DNA of 64,000 nucleotides from Nemertoderma westbladi (taxonomy: Eukaryota > Animalia > Xenacoelomorpha), in the NCBI GenBank assembly GCA_032718475.1, contig JAUCBJ010007816.1:1-64000 (forward strand), in the 5' to 3' direction. A program made the position numbers and the translations under genes. Below, in pieces: positions 63,564-64,000 of the stretch. Under the pieces are notes generated by a model, which worked only from the letters and a program-made list of their open reading frames with translations, was not told the origin of the DNA and searched no databases. Numbering within the stretch: the stretch's first letter is position 1; each line of letters opens with the position of its first letter.

Positions 63564-64000
63564 CAGAGTGACACAGAACCATTTGAAGTGTTATGGGGTG
63601 TCCTCCAAGGAGACACACTTGCACCATTCTTGTTCATTATTGTCGTTGACTATGTTCTACGCATGTCCTTAGATCATTATAATGATGATGGGGTGATGAT
63701 AACTCCACCTACTGGCTCCAGAATTCGAGGAAATCCTGCCAAGTACCTAACTGATCTAGACTTTGCTGATGACTTAGGAGTACTCTCAGAATCATTAGAG
63801 GGAGCCCAACGGCTCCTCAGCTCATTAGAACATGCTGCTTCTAGTGTTGGTCTTTTTATTAACTCCAGAAAGACCAAAATTCTGACAGTTAACTTTGAAA
63901 GTCCTCAGCAAGTCTCTGATCGGATGAGCATAAGCTCAAAGGATGGTATGCTTGAGCATGTGGACGACTTCTGTTACCTGGGATCATGGATCCGGAAGTC
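63564..64000 (+). mobile_element. 5'-truncated RTE-like LINE reverse transcriptase fragment
   Basis: GVLQGDTLAPFLFIIVVDYVL, DLDFADD, GLFINSRKTK, FCYLGS; runs off the window end. Confidence 0.85.

Overview
Eukaryotic (most likely invertebrate animal) repeat-dense DNA with no recognisable host gene. Nearly the whole window is a nest of transposons. It holds five BEL/Pao-type LTR retrotransposon lineages: family A in two inverted copies (A1 1-10933 minus, A2 31135-45421 plus), B (15437-49033 minus), C (~50443-63563 plus), a gag remnant D, and an LTR plus leader E. It also holds three non-autonomous TIR DNA transposons, two CRE-like RLE non-LTR fragments, an RTE-like LINE fragment and a tRNA-derived SINE. 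Boundaries were read by eye from target-site duplications (TSDs) and LTR alignments. Main discovery: none of the LTR elements has a tRNA (TGG...) primer-binding site. In four families with otherwise unrelated LTRs, the 9-11 nt directly after the LTR's CA end start with GT and are complementary to a segment inside the same LTR. The pairing stops exactly at the LTR boundary, and two base pairs covary between A1 and A2. This suggests tRNA-independent self-priming in BEL/Pao elements. Element B also carries an unknown non-env extra ORF and nine dispersed copies of a 17-bp motif. No database searches were run, so family names and novelty are provisional.
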